Below the pieces are notes generated by a model. That model was given only the letters and a program-made list of their open reading frames with translations, made no database searches and was not told where the DNA came from. From Candidatus Latescibacterota bacterium (GTDB lineage Bacteria; Latescibacterota; UBA2968; GCA-2709665), in the NCBI GenBank assembly GCA_965226795.1, contig CBDDDZ010000002.1, positions 128,001 to 192,000 of the forward strand: a stretch of 64,000 nt of DNA. The letters are read 5' to 3'. A program made the translations under genes and the position numbers. Of this stretch, positions 1-10,189 are shown piece after piece; position 1 is the first letter of the stretch, and each line of letters opens with the position of its first letter.

Positions 1-2
1 CG

Positions 3-125
3 ATCTTCCCGTTCCCCGGGCAGCCCTGTATCCTGTACGTACACTACCTGACAACCCCGCCGATGGACCATCACCATACGCCCGCAGCGGCGATGGCGAC
101 GGACCTGGAGTGCCGGGTAATGTAG
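3..125 (+). CDS. 3' end of an upstream CDS (partial, product unknown)
   Basis: Open frame from the window edge, IFPFPGQPCILYVHYL...DLECRVM, ending TAG at 123-125 just before the next gene. Confidence 0.5.
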   Translation: MFPFPGQPCILYVHYLTTPPMDHHHTPAAAMATDLECRVM

Positions 126-1198
126 AATCCGAGGTGGACGTAAACGTGAAAAAAGCGACGTACCGCGTGGGAATCATCGGCTGTGGGCGCATGGCCGGCA
201 CGATGGACGATGAGAAGCGCAGACAGCCGGGTCGGGTTCCCCAGCCCGGCGTTCTGGCGGGCGCCTACGGCCAGGTGGGCAGCACCGAGGTGGTGGCCGC
301 CGCGGATATCAATGGCGAGAGGCTGGCCGATTTTTCCGCCCGGTGGGGCGTCCACCGACTCTACGCCGATTATCGCGACATGCTGGAGGCGGAAGCGCTG
401 GACATCGTCAGCGTGGCGACGCACGCGCACCTTCACGCCGATATGACGGTGGCGGCCGCCGAAGCGGGCGTGAAGGCGGTCCTGTGCGAGAAAGCGATGG
501 CAACCAGCCTGCCGGAAGCGGACCGCATGATCGAAGCGTGCAAAAAAGCCGGTACCACGCTGTCGGTCCTCTACCACAATCGGTGGGACCCCCTGATGGT
601 CCGGGTAAGGGACCTGGTTGCTGGGGGCACGATCGGGGAGTTGATCAGCATCGCGGGCAATATGGGCCCGGAACTGGTACACGAGGCAACCCACATGTTC
701 GACCTGATGCGGTTTTGGTCCGGTGAGGACGCGGCGTGGGTGTTCGGCCGGTTGGACGGCCGGCGAAAGCCGCATGACGATCCGGGGGGCAGCGGGTATA
801 TCCAGTTTCAGAACGGGATGCACGCCTTCGTGAACGCGGTGGAAGGATCTCCCGTGGGGTTCGAGTTCGATCTGGTGGGAACGAAAGGCAGGATCCGGAT
901 CGGCTACAACGTGGACGAACTCTGGACCGTGGCGGAAGACGTCTATGAAGGACGCGCGCTGGTGGGGCGAAAGATTCCCCAGAATATCGAAGCCAGGAGC
1001 GGTGTTGTAAAGGCGATCGAGGAACTGGTAACGTGTATCGAGGAGGAAAAGGCGCCGTCCTGCTCGGGCGAGGACGGACGAAAGGCGCTGGAAATCGCGC
1101 TGGCTTTCCATGTTTCCCATCGGAAGGGCGGCGCGAAGGTCAAATTGCCGCTGGAGGAGACCACTCTGACGGTGACGAACCCGAAATATTACAGTTGA
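110..1198 (+). CDS. Gfo/Idh/MocA family oxidoreductase
   Basis: Rossmann motif VGIIGCGRMA, LCEKAMA motif, HEATHMFD; true start probably GTG near 146. Confidence 0.92.
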   Translation: MPGNVESEVDVNVKKATYRVGIIGCGRMAGTMDDEKRRQPGRVPQPGVLAGAYGQVGSTEVVAAADINGERLADFSARWGVHRLYADYRDMLEAEALDIVSVATHAHLHADMTVAAAEAGVKAVLCEKAMATSLPEADRMIEACKKAGTTLSVLYHNRWDPLMVRVRDLVAGGTIGELISIAGNMGPELVHEATHMFDLMRFWSGEDAAWVFGRLDGRRKPHDDPGGSGYIQFQNGMHAFVNAVEGSPVGFEFDLVGTKGRIRIGYNVDELWTVAEDVYEGRALVGRKIPQNIEARSGVVKAIEELVTCIEEEKAPSCSGEDGRKALEIALAFHVSHRKGGAKVKLPLEETTLTVTNPKYYS

Positions 1199-1377
1199 TG
1201 AAAACCGGCAATTAGCTATAAGTTGTCAGCTGTCAGCTTGAATCGGTGAGACGTAAGAGGGTAGACGGGAGAGGACCACCCTGAGACCCAGCTATCAGCG
1301 ATTAGCTGTTAGCCATCAGCCAAAACCGGTTAGCGAAACGGACCCGCGAAATCATTCGTCGACGTCGGCGCCATTAC

Positions 1378-1405
1378 GTGGGCGACCACAAGGGTCGCCC
1401 CTACA
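1378..1405 (-). repeat. GTAG-type REP hairpin
   Basis: Reverse complement TGTAGGGGCGACCCTTGTGGTCGCCCAC: GTAG tetranucleotide followed by GGGCGACC..GGTCGCCC stem. Confidence 0.75.
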
Positions 1406-1423
1406 ATTGCATCTTCGGCGCGT

Positions 1424-1450
1424 CGAGGGCAGGATACCCTCGATCCCGGG
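1424..1450 (-). repeat. REP family 1 copy (CYGGGAY-CGAGGGCA-TCC-TGCCCTCG)
   Basis: Variant of the hairpin that flanks the RAYT at 25.8-26.5 kb. Confidence 0.75.
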
Positions 1451-1860
1451 ACCTCTCCCCCCGGCTCCGCGCCTCCGGCGGCGGGGGAACGAAAATAAAA
1501 GGGTAAAACCAAATTCAACATTCACATCTCCCCAAATTCCCTGCCTACGGCGTGTTCCTTTTGAAGCGACCAAAAGGAACCAAAAGTCGCCGCGGGGCGC
1601 GGGGCCTGCCATATGCACCGCGCGAATACCCTTTGAGGGCCTACCGGGGATTTTGCCCTGCCAGCCACGGAAGAACAACGATCCTCTGTGCTGGACGGGA
1701 CTACACGCTGTGCTCTGGGAGTGCTCGCCGGGAACCTCGCGTTTGACAACGGAATGCCTATCTGAGGGCGAGCTATCAGCGGACAGGTAAAGACGGTACA
1801 AATGTTGAACCGAGCGGCGATCCTTATGGGTCTACCTCAGGCCCGTCCGGAGGTGGAGAT

Positions 1861-2053
1861 GGGGGTTTTTCCGTGTTAATCCGTCCAACACCGTTGTATT
1901 GGTACAACGTAACGGCTCGCAGGGCACCCAATTCCCATTTATGCCCGTGAGGTGATTCACGGAAAAACCGGCCCCGCGCCGAGCGGCGCCCTTCTTTTCC
2001 GCCCTTTTTCTTGGGCGAAGCAAGAAAAAGGGCAAGGGAATAGGGGACGTTAG
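1861..2053. repeat. ~200 bp structured dispersed repeat, copy 1
   Basis: Homologous to 15633-15830; long stem GGGGGTTTTTCCGTG/CACGGAAAAACC and hairpin GCCCTTTTTCTTG..CAAGAAAAAGGGC. Confidence 0.8.
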
Positions 2054-2169
2054 TGGGAGGGGGATTCTGTGTCACCGGAGGACATGGCAAAAATGAAGGG
2101 GCTTTTCCAGTGGATTCCCGAATGCGCCTGGCGATCGCATCTTCATGGTTGTTCGAAAGGAGTTACAGG

Positions 2170-4578
2170 ATGATGGGGATTCTGGTCATTATTGGAGGAG
2201 CGCTGCTGCTGCTGATGGCGGCGTCACGGACGCTTGCAGCCGGGCGTCCCGAGATCGACGAGACGCCCGCCCAACCGGGCGAGTGGGGTTTTCGTCCCGC
2301 GGAAGGGAGCGTCTCACAGGTGACGCCCCCGGGGTTTTCCTGGCGGCCGCAGGAGGACGCTGCGAGCTACGACGTTCAGTGCGTGCGGGATAGCAGCTTT
2401 GCAGACGTGGAGTACGAGGCGACGGGGGTGACGTTCAACGTCCACTGCCCACCCCGCACCCTGACGCCGGGTCGCTGGTTCTGGCGATTCCGCTTTACCA
2501 ATCGGGCTGGAGAGACGTCCGAATGGAGCACGGTGAGGATGTTCAGCGTTGCGGAGGACGCGAACGCGCTTCCGCTGCCTTCCCGCAACGACCTCCTGGC
2601 GCGAGTTCCAAAGAGCCATCCACGGCTGTTCGTAAGGCCGGAACAGGTGCCGGAACTGCGACGGCGCGCCAGAACGGACATGGCGGCCAAATACGAGGAA
2701 CTCGTGGCCGCCTCGGAGAAGCTGCTCGAGAATCCGCCGCCCACCGAGGAGCCGCCGCTCTATCCCGAAGGGACGGTGCGGCTCAGTGAGGCGTGGCGGG
2801 CGATCTGGTGGCCGAACCGGGAGTATACCATCGCCGTTCTGAACGGCGCGGCGACACTGGCTTTCACCCGGCTGTTGGGAGGTCGGGAGGAGTACGGCCA
2901 ACTTGCCCGGGAATTGCTGATGGCCTGCGCCGAGTGGGATCCGAAAGGGGCGACGGGATTTCGGTATAACGATGAGGCCGGGATGCCCTACGCGTACTAT
3001 TTCTCCCGGACGTACAGCTATCTCAATGATCTGCTGACGGAAGACGAACGGGAGCGGTGCCGCAGGATGATGACCGTTCGGGGCAGGGAAATGTCCGCGC
3101 ATCTCTGTCCGCGCTTCCTCTGGCGTCCGTACGGGAGCCACGATACCCGGTCCTGGCATTTTCTGGGAGAGGTGGGTATTGCGTTTCTGGACGAGATTCC
3201 CGAGGCCGCGGACTGGGCGTGGTTCGCCGCGAACGTGTTCGCCAACACGTATCCGGTGTGGAGTGACGATGACGGGGGCTGGCACCAGGGCATGGGCTAC
3301 TGGCGGAGTTACATCCAGCGATTCACCTGGTGGGCGGACATTATGCGGGAGGCAATGGGCATCGATGCCTTCAATAAGCCCTATTTTTCAAAGGTCGGCT
3401 ATTATCCGATGTATCTCCAACCGCCGGGTACGCGAGGCGGCGGTTTCGGGGATCTGACGGCCCACCTCGAATCCGGGCAGAATCGCGGCGTTATGGCCCT
3501 TTTTTCTGCAATGGCACGGAATCCGTACTGGCAATGGTACGTTGAGGCGCACGGTGAGTTGCCTTCCGAGCCCGGTTATATCGGCTTTGTCCGGGGCGCG
3601 CTGCCCCGGGTGGAGGCGAAACGGCCGGTTGACCTGCCGACGTCTCGCTGCTTCCGGGGTACCGGCCAGGCCGTTTTCAACACCGATCTGGAGGATGCCC
3701 GCAACAACGTGGAGCTGATCTTCAAGAGCAGCCCGTTAGGATCACACAGCCACGGGTACGAAGCCCAGAATTCGTTCCTGCTCTACGCCTTCGGAGAGCG
3801 GTTGCTGATTCGCACCGGACGCCGCGACATCCACGGCAGCGCGCACCACAGACTATGGATGCACCATACGAAGTCGGTGAATAACATCACCGTCAACGGT
3901 GAGGGGCAGATACCGAACGCCAGCGAGGCAGCGGGCGAGATCCTGGATTTCCACACCTCCGAAACTTTCGACTACGTGGCGGGAGAGGCGGGGGGCGCCT
4001 ACGCGGGCAAACTCGAGAGGTTTACCCGTCGCATTATGTTCGTAAAACCCGATGCGATTCTGATCTTCGACACGCTGGTCGCGCCAGAACCCGCGAGCTT
4101 CGAATGGCGGCTGCACGCGCCCGTGGAGATGGATGTCCTGAACCAGCGGGATGTACGGGTCGTCAACGGTGGCGCGAGTTGCCAGGTATCGTTCCTTTAC
4201 CCCAACGGGCTCGCGTTGAGCCAGACCGACCGGTTCGAACCGCCGCCGCGGGCTCGCATCGAGCTTGTCGAGTATCACCTGACGGCAGTACCCTCCTCGC
4301 CTGCCGGGGAACAGACGTTCGTGACGGTCCTCAGGCCGCATCGGTCCGGCGAGACGCTGAACGGCGAGGCCGAATTGGTGGAGATTGACGGCGGGTATGC
4401 GGTCACCCTTCCCCTGGCCGCCGGCCACGCGGCCGTACTCCTGCAACCGGCAGCGGGCCGGGTCCTGACGGGCGCGGGCCTCAGGACCGACGGCGAGGTC
4501 GGCGCCGCCACGTTCGACGCTCGCGGCGAGGTGAAGGATACCTTTGTGGCGGCCGGAACGCTTATCGAAGCTCTTTGA
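2170..4578 (+). CDS. Secreted DUF4962 / heparinase II/III-like polysaccharide lyase
   Basis: Signal-peptide-like N-terminus MMGILVIIGGALLLLMAAS, HPRLF motif, DGGWHQGMGYW, SHSHGYEAQNSF; ORF track start 2053, ATG 2170 preferred. Confidence 0.8.
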   Translation: MMGILVIIGGALLLLMAASRTLAAGRPEIDETPAQPGEWGFRPAEGSVSQVTPPGFSWRPQEDAASYDVQCVRDSSFADVEYEATGVTFNVHCPPRTLTPGRWFWRFRFTNRAGETSEWSTVRMFSVAEDANALPLPSRNDLLARVPKSHPRLFVRPEQVPELRRRARTDMAAKYEELVAASEKLLENPPPTEEPPLYPEGTVRLSEAWRAIWWPNREYTIAVLNGAATLAFTRLLGGREEYGQLARELLMACAEWDPKGATGFRYNDEAGMPYAYYFSRTYSYLNDLLTEDERERCRRMMTVRGREMSAHLCPRFLWRPYGSHDTRSWHFLGEVGIAFLDEIPEAADWAWFAANVFANTYPVWSDDDGGWHQGMGYWRSYIQRFTWWADIMREAMGIDAFNKPYFSKVGYYPMYLQPPGTRGGGFGDLTAHLESGQNRGVMALFSAMARNPYWQWYVEAHGELPSEPGYIGFVRGALPRVEAKRPVDLPTSRCFRGTGQAVFNTDLEDARNNVELIFKSSPLGSHSHGYEAQNSFLLYAFGERLLIRTGRRDIHGSAHHRLWMHHTKSVNNITVNGEGQIPNASEAAGEILDFHTSETFDYVAGEAGGAYAGKLERFTRRIMFVKPDAILIFDTLVAPEPASFEWRLHAPVEMDVLNQRDVRVVNGGASCQVSFLYPNGLALSQTDRFEPPPRARIELVEYHLTAVPSSPAGEQTFVTVLRPHRSGETLNGEAELVEIDGGYAVTLPLAAGHAAVLLQPAAGRVLTGAGLRTDGEVGAATFDARGEVKDTFVAAGTLIEAL

Positions 4579-4912
4579 CTACCATCGGTTTGAAAGGAAG
4601 CTGCCTTGCGTTTCAGTCGAGATTCTCGGATAATACCTTTGCGTATCCATCGTTTCCGTTCAGGTGCAGGTCGACCTGAATTCGAATAGATAAATCCGCA
4701 CTATCAATTCTTCCTTTACTCCTTTACCTTTTTGAAACACCTTCTTATAACCCGAGCCACCTGCCTCAGTGATCGACCGGCGATGATTTCCATTCTCCTG
4801 TGACTCCATTACCGGTCACAAATGGAGAGCATTCTGCAACCGCAACAAGAAGACCAGACGCAACTGGTTTCGCCGAATGGTTCGTACGAAGTTTGAGCAA
4901 TTTTGCTAAAGG

Positions 4913-5167
4913 ATGCGAATGCCGCTCAACCTGTATCCGGACATCTATGCGTCCGGATCGTTGCCGCAGAATTGGATGCCCGACCGGGGAGGTACCCTCA
5001 AATATCCCGTACGTAACCGGGCAGTGCATCGTGAATTGCGGCGTTTGCGTCGCAGCAGGTGGAGAAAGGTTATCAGGCAGGGAAATCTCGGCGAAGCTCA
5101 TTATTTCGAGCACGAATCCGGCAGCGTTGCCGGTGTCAAATACTATTCAAGGACGACAATGCCATGA
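4913..5167 (+). CDS. Small basic protein, putative RNase-type toxin domain
   Basis: 84 aa, Arg-rich, WRKV..HYFEHESG motif reminiscent of polymorphic toxin tips; ATGA overlap with next gene. Confidence 0.5.
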   Translation: MRMPLNLYPDIYASGSLPQNWMPDRGGTLKYPVRNRAVHRELRRLRRSRWRKVIRQGNLGEAHYFEHESGSVAGVKYYSRTTMP

Positions 5168-5541
5168 AGCAGACCTATCCATTTCGCATTGTGCTTTCAG
5201 ACACGAGCCGTGACACTGGTGTGACAGACCAACTGGAATTCTTCGCACTTCTGAATCTGGGCATGGTGCAATCATTGGCCGCAGGGATTCTCAACGCAAC
5301 AGAAGCAATTCAGCGCTTCTATCATGCGGATAACTGTCTCTACGTCCGAAAGCACCTTCGAAACCGACAGGCCAATGCGGTTATGAGCCACGGGATACAA
5401 CTAACCGATCTTTTCGACAGTTTGCCGGCAGAAGAAGCGCAGCGCGAGTACCTTCACGAACTTGAGATGATGCGATCTCTATGTTTAAAGCTGCTGGAGA
5501 ATGCGCGATCGCCCGACGTTGCCGATCGTGCGACTGTATAG
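5164..5541 (+). CDS. DUF3969-like protein, putative immunity/antitoxin
   Basis: LEFFALLNLGMVQSLAAGILNATEAIQRFY..HGIQLTDL pattern resembles DUF3969; translationally coupled to 4913-5167. Confidence 0.5.
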   Translation: MKQTYPFRIVLSDTSRDTGVTDQLEFFALLNLGMVQSLAAGILNATEAIQRFYHADNCLYVRKHLRNRQANAVMSHGIQLTDLFDSLPAEEAQREYLHELEMMRSLCLKLLENARSPDVADRATV

Positions 5542-5647
5542 GAATCGAACAGGACTCCCACCCGATTCTCGTCATGATGTGAACGAATTTTTCGCATTTC
5601 GATCTCCCCTGACAACCGATGCTTGGGGAATCATTGAGGTGAAAACA

Positions 5648-8600
5648 ATGGCTGAAACAGGACGTCGCAGCGCGCGGAGACGGCGGCAGGAATCGTACGA
5701 TATCGAGATCGTGAACAAGGAGATCCCGACGCTGAAAGATCTCCATCTTGAAACGGACCTGTCGGGCGATGTGCTGGTGGCGGCGCCCGGAGGCCAGGCC
5801 GGAGAGAAGATCGGCGGAGCGATCGCGCAGGCCCTCGGTGGCGGGGCGGAAGTCCGGCCCGCGTCGGAGATCAGCGAGAGGGATTGGGAGGCGGCGCATA
5901 TTGTCGCCGCGGGTAACGTATTCACCAACCGGGCGATCCGGCGTCTGGGGATGAATTTCTACGCCTGGACGGACGAATATTACCCCGGCGGGGACGGGTA
6001 CGAGGTGAGAACTGTCCACAATCCCTTCGGGACGGGCCGGAACGTGGTCCTGCTGGGAGGAAGTACGCCCGACGGGGTGGCGCGTGCGGTGGACCAATTC
6101 ATCAGAATCCTCGAAGCGGAAGGGCCGCGCATCGGACGGATCAACCGGTCGGTATCGCGGCAAAATCCGGATTCGGCGCCAACGGAGGCCGAAGCCCGGA
6201 AGATCATCGATGCCGTGAACGAACAGGTGGCGCTTTCCGGCAGCCAGGGGCCGCTGCGCCGCATGGTGGACCACGCCATGCTGTACTATCTGTCGGGTCA
6301 GGATGTCTGGGGTCGGATTTTCAGGGAGGAATTCCTGCATTTCATCGATCTGGCGCATGAGGCCGGAGACTGGTGCCTGTCCCAGGGGACGCATCTGTAC
6401 TTCTGGATTTACCGCATGCTGACGGCCTGGGACGTGATGGAGGAGGGGGACGTGTTGAGCGACGCGGACCGGCTGAAGATGACAAACGCGATCTACAATA
6501 TCATCCGGTGGACGGCCGAACTGACCCACTTCCGATTCAAGTCCGTGGACGACGTGGTTCAGAACCAGAACCACCAGAGCTTCGCAGCGTTGAGTCTGTT
6601 CACCGGGGCGAGGTATTTCAAGAAGTACTACGGGCTCACGGATTTCGACGAAAAGCTGCCCCTGGCGCATCGGACCTTGGAACTGCATGCCCGGTCGTAC
6701 AAGCCTAACGACAACGCGGGCACCGGGTACGTCTGGATCACGCCAGGGCATCTGATCAAGTACGGCCTGATGACAGACGATCTTGCGTACCTGGAAGACG
6801 GTCATCTTGCCCGCCTGCTGGATAGCGCAGTGCTTACCATCGACAGCCGGGGCGACGACTGCTCGTATGGTGACGTCGGCGCCTACCGGGCAGCCCGGGC
6901 CAGCCGTCCGAGCGGATTGCAGACCGCGGCGGTCGGCGCGTGGTTCTACAACGACGGGCGCTACCGGTGGCTATACGATTGGTTGGAGCAGGGGCAGGAG
7001 TGGCGGGAGTCCTTCCGGCGGGACAGGAACTGGGGGATCGGCGGATGGGAGGTGTACGATGGATTTTTCTTCAAGGACGTGGCGCCGGTGGAACCCACGG
7101 AACTGTTGGGGGTTCGCGCGTCCATGCTGGACGGGGCCGCGCATGAATTTGCAAGGGAACGGGCACGGAATACGGGGCAATACCACGGTGACCCTCTGCC
7201 GGAATCGGATGTTCCCCTCGCGGAGGCGTTCGACAAACTGGCGTTCCGGCGCAGCTTCGACAGGCGCAGTGAGTATCTTCTGATCGACGGGCCGACGGGT
7301 TTTTCTCATTCTCAGGAGGACGGCAATTCGATCATCCGCCTGTGCTGGAACGATCGGATCTGGCTGGCGGACCTGGACTACATCCGCCGGCTGGCGAGGT
7401 ATCACAACACGGTGGTGATCGTGAAGGACGGGACGTGTGTTCCCAAACCGGCCCAGGTGGCGCTCAGGGCGATCGGTGATTTCGAGAAATGGGGCTACAG
7501 CCGGACGGTTTCGCCCGGGGACAATGGAACGGACTGGGCGCGTAATATCTTCTGGCGAAAGGGATCGTATTTTCTGGTGATCGATACGGTAGACGCGCTC
7601 GAGGACGGAGACTTTCTCCTGGACGGGATCTGGCGGGTGCTTGGGCGGACGGAGGAGGAAGAGAACGAGTTGCGCCTCGAGCAGGACGGCGAGCGGTTCC
7701 ACATTGTGAATGCGGACGACTCCGAGAAATCATTGACGGACCGGGAGGCGGACTTCGCGCCGGACTGGGAAAGCAACTGGGAAAATTACGAGCACGCGGA
7801 CGGGACAGTGAGGATGTGGCACCAGACGAAGCGGGTCGCGTTGGACGCCGGTGAACAGACTGCGTATGTGAACTTGCTGTATCCGTCCAATTCGGAGATG
7901 GATCAGGGGTTCGACCTTGAGCGGGTGGGACCGTCCGTTGCGCTGGTCCGGGATAAACGGTCCGACGAGGCGGTGATGGCCGGGGCGGGGGCGTTCATTT
8001 CGGGCGACCTGGAGGTGGAGGCTGAGCTGTTCCGGGTCGACAGAGACGGGTTTGCCCTGGTGGAGGGCACCACGCTATCGTGGGAAGGACCGTTGTTCCG
8101 GAGTTGGGCGCCCGTGTCGGTGGAGATGGATCTGGCCAGCGGTGTGGGGGTTGTCGAGACCCGTACCGAGACCCGGGTGGGCATCCGCGCCGAAGCCGTC
8201 CGTCTGAACGGCGAACGGATTTCCGGTGGCGGCGAGGGCAAGCTGCTCTGGTTCACGCTGTCGGCCGGCCGGCACGACCTTGAGGTCTTGCCCCACGCGC
8301 CCGGGACGTTCGACCGGGCGTTTCGGGAGCCAACGTCCTACCGTGAAGGATCCGTGTCCAAAGACAGGGAGCTTGTCTCCCGAACCGGGCTGGAGCCCGC
8401 ATGGACGTTCGACGCCGGAGCGGGTGTGACGGCGGTGGCCACGGATGGATCGGGCCTGACGCTCGCGGGTACGGTCAACGGGGACGTTCACCTCCTTGGC
8501 GCGGACGGCGCCCGGGCGTGGTCGTTCGAGGCGGAGGGCGAAGTCCGAGCCGTACACCTGGCGGATATCGACGGCGACGGCGCGCCGGAGGCAATCGTCG

Positions 8601-9514
8601 GAACGCGGGATTGCCGGCTGTACGTTCTGGACGCCGGGGGTGAACCGCGCTGGACGCACGAGTTTCCGCCGGGAAGCGGCATGCGCCCGCAACGTCTGAC
8701 GACCATTTCATCGGCCGATCTGGACGGCGACGGCCGGAAGCAGGTGCTGGCCGGCGCCGAGGGATGGCTGTTCCACGCGTTTGAGGCGGACGGGACGCTG
8801 AAGTGGCAGACCGAAACCCACTATCACTGCATCACCGGATGCCTGGCCGTGGATCTGGACGGCGACGGAAAGGACGAGATCCTGGTGGGCACCGAGTATT
8901 ATACGATCAATTGTCTCAATCCCGACGGGACGGCGCGCTGGCGGCAAAGCACGGGCTGTGTCTCGCCGACGATTCTCGCGGCCGATCTGGACGGAGACGG
9001 GGCGATAGAGGTCGTCTATGGAGACTGGCGGGCGGTAAACGCCGCATCGAGCGGGGAGTTGTTTGGCCAGACCGGCCTGGGCGGCAGCGGCAAGTTTGCG
9101 GGGCCGGGGACGTACAGCAGCAGACCTGGCAGGATGGGGGCCCTCTCATGGCGCGTGAACATGGGTGGGGAAGTGGAGGACATCGCCCTTGCGGACGTGA
9201 ACGGAGATGGTCGTCCGGAGGTGATCGCGGCCAGCGACGTGGGCCAACTGGCCTGCATCGCTGGGGATGGCGAGATCCTGTGGCGGCGGGACCTGGTGGA
9301 CAAGATCACGTGGCTGACGACCGCGCAGGGCAATGGAGGGGTGAAAGTCCTGGTGGGTTTCGACACGGGCGAAATCCGGACCTATGACGCGGATGGCGGC
9401 CTGGTCGCGGGGGATCGGGTCGACGGCGAAGTCACGCACCTCCGGGCGGACGGCGACCGGGTCGTGTGCGCCACTTCAAGGGGGTCGGTCACGGCGTTCC
9501 GGGCGGTGGGATAA
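5648..9514 (+). CDS. Large multidomain protein: N-terminal glycoside-hydrolase accessory domain, heparinase II/III-like core, C-terminal FG-GAP/PQQ-like beta-propeller
   Basis: NQNHQ and FSHSQEDGNS motifs, repeated DLDGDG motifs; GAGG RBS before ATG 5648 (ORF track start 5501). Confidence 0.7.
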   Translation: MAETGRRSARRRRQESYDIEIVNKEIPTLKDLHLETDLSGDVLVAAPGGQAGEKIGGAIAQALGGGAEVRPASEISERDWEAAHIVAAGNVFTNRAIRRLGMNFYAWTDEYYPGGDGYEVRTVHNPFGTGRNVVLLGGSTPDGVARAVDQFIRILEAEGPRIGRINRSVSRQNPDSAPTEAEARKIIDAVNEQVALSGSQGPLRRMVDHAMLYYLSGQDVWGRIFREEFLHFIDLAHEAGDWCLSQGTHLYFWIYRMLTAWDVMEEGDVLSDADRLKMTNAIYNIIRWTAELTHFRFKSVDDVVQNQNHQSFAALSLFTGARYFKKYYGLTDFDEKLPLAHRTLELHARSYKPNDNAGTGYVWITPGHLIKYGLMTDDLAYLEDGHLARLLDSAVLTIDSRGDDCSYGDVGAYRAARASRPSGLQTAAVGAWFYNDGRYRWLYDWLEQGQEWRESFRRDRNWGIGGWEVYDGFFFKDVAPVEPTELLGVRASMLDGAAHEFARERARNTGQYHGDPLPESDVPLAEAFDKLAFRRSFDRRSEYLLIDGPTGFSHSQEDGNSIIRLCWNDRIWLADLDYIRRLARYHNTVVIVKDGTCVPKPAQVALRAIGDFEKWGYSRTVSPGDNGTDWARNIFWRKGSYFLVIDTVDALEDGDFLLDGIWRVLGRTEEEENELRLEQDGERFHIVNADDSEKSLTDREADFAPDWESNWENYEHADGTVRMWHQTKRVALDAGEQTAYVNLLYPSNSEMDQGFDLERVGPSVALVRDKRSDEAVMAGAGAFISGDLEVEAELFRVDRDGFALVEGTTLSWEGPLFRSWAPVSVEMDLASGVGVVETRTETRVGIRAEAVRLNGERISGGGEGKLLWFTLSAGRHDLEVLPHAPGTFDRAFREPTSYREGSVSKDRELVSRTGLEPAWTFDAGAGVTAVATDGSGLTLAGTVNGDVHLLGADGARAWSFEAEGEVRAVHLADIDGDGAPEAIVGTRDCRLYVLDAGGEPRWTHEFPPGSGMRPQRLTTISSADLDGDGRKQVLAGAEGWLFHAFEADGTLKWQTETHYHCITGCLAVDLDGDGKDEILVGTEYYTINCLNPDGTARWRQSTGCVSPTILAADLDGDGAIEVVYGDWRAVNAASSGELFGQTGLGGSGKFAGPGTYSSRPGRMGALSWRVNMGGEVEDIALADVNGDGRPEVIAASDVGQLACIAGDGEILWRRDLVDKITWLTTAQGNGGVKVLVGFDTGEIRTYDADGGLVAGDRVDGEVTHLRADGDRVVCATSRGSVTAFRAVG

Positions 9515-9594
9515 GTCCTGATCGGAAATGCTGCCCGGTCGGTGTACCCGTGTAATCAATCTGTGAATTTCTGAAGAATTTCGAGAGAACGTCT

Positions 9595-10189
9595 ATGGCC
9601 GGCCTGAGCGCGGATCAGCTTTCCGCCTATCTTGATGACGGCTTTTTGCTGCTGGAGGATGTGCTGTCACCGGCGGATCTGCAGCCGCTGATCGACGACA
9701 TCACGGCGGGGATCGACCGGAAGGCGCGGGAGGCCGTTTCAGAAGGAAGGCTGTGCGATCCGTTCGAGGGCGCACCCTTTGACCGGCGACTGACGCGTAT
9801 CTCCGACGCAACGGACGATCCGTCGGAGATCGAAAGGGAGGTGACCGGCAAGCCGCCGGTCCGGTCTTCGCCCGCACGGCGTACTCCCGGATTATCCGAA
9901 CGAGGGGATCCTCGCGAGGTGGGTTCCCGAGGGGCGGCCCATCGCCTGTCCGGTGCGGAAGGGCGGTCTGGTGGTGTTCCAGCACAAGACGGCGCACCGG
10001 TCCTTTCCGAATCGGACGGACCGCATCCGCTGGAGCCTGGATGTTCGATACTCGGATCCATCGAAACCCACGGGGCGGGACGAGGTGCCAGGATTCGTCG
10101 CGCGCAGCAGGGCACATCCGGAGCGGGTCGCGAAAACCCACGTGGATTGGTTGCGGCTGATGGACGGCGTGGACGCGTCGCTTTTTTGA
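9595..10189 (+). pseudogene. Phytanoyl-CoA dioxygenase (PhyH) family pseudogene with internal deletion/frameshift
   Basis: N-terminus YLDDGFLLLEDVL in one frame, C-terminus HKTAHRSFPNRTDRIRWSLDVRY in another; central HxD region absent. Confidence 0.75.

Noticed and set aside
71..1120. 349 aa minus-strand ORF and similar long antisense ORFs (5381-6805, 16057-17298, 60916-62133)
   Set aside because: Shadows of well-supported genes on the opposite strand
1330..2090. Short ORFs in the first intergenic region
   Set aside because: Translations of repeat elements (e.g. VGATLVVAH from the GTAG REP)
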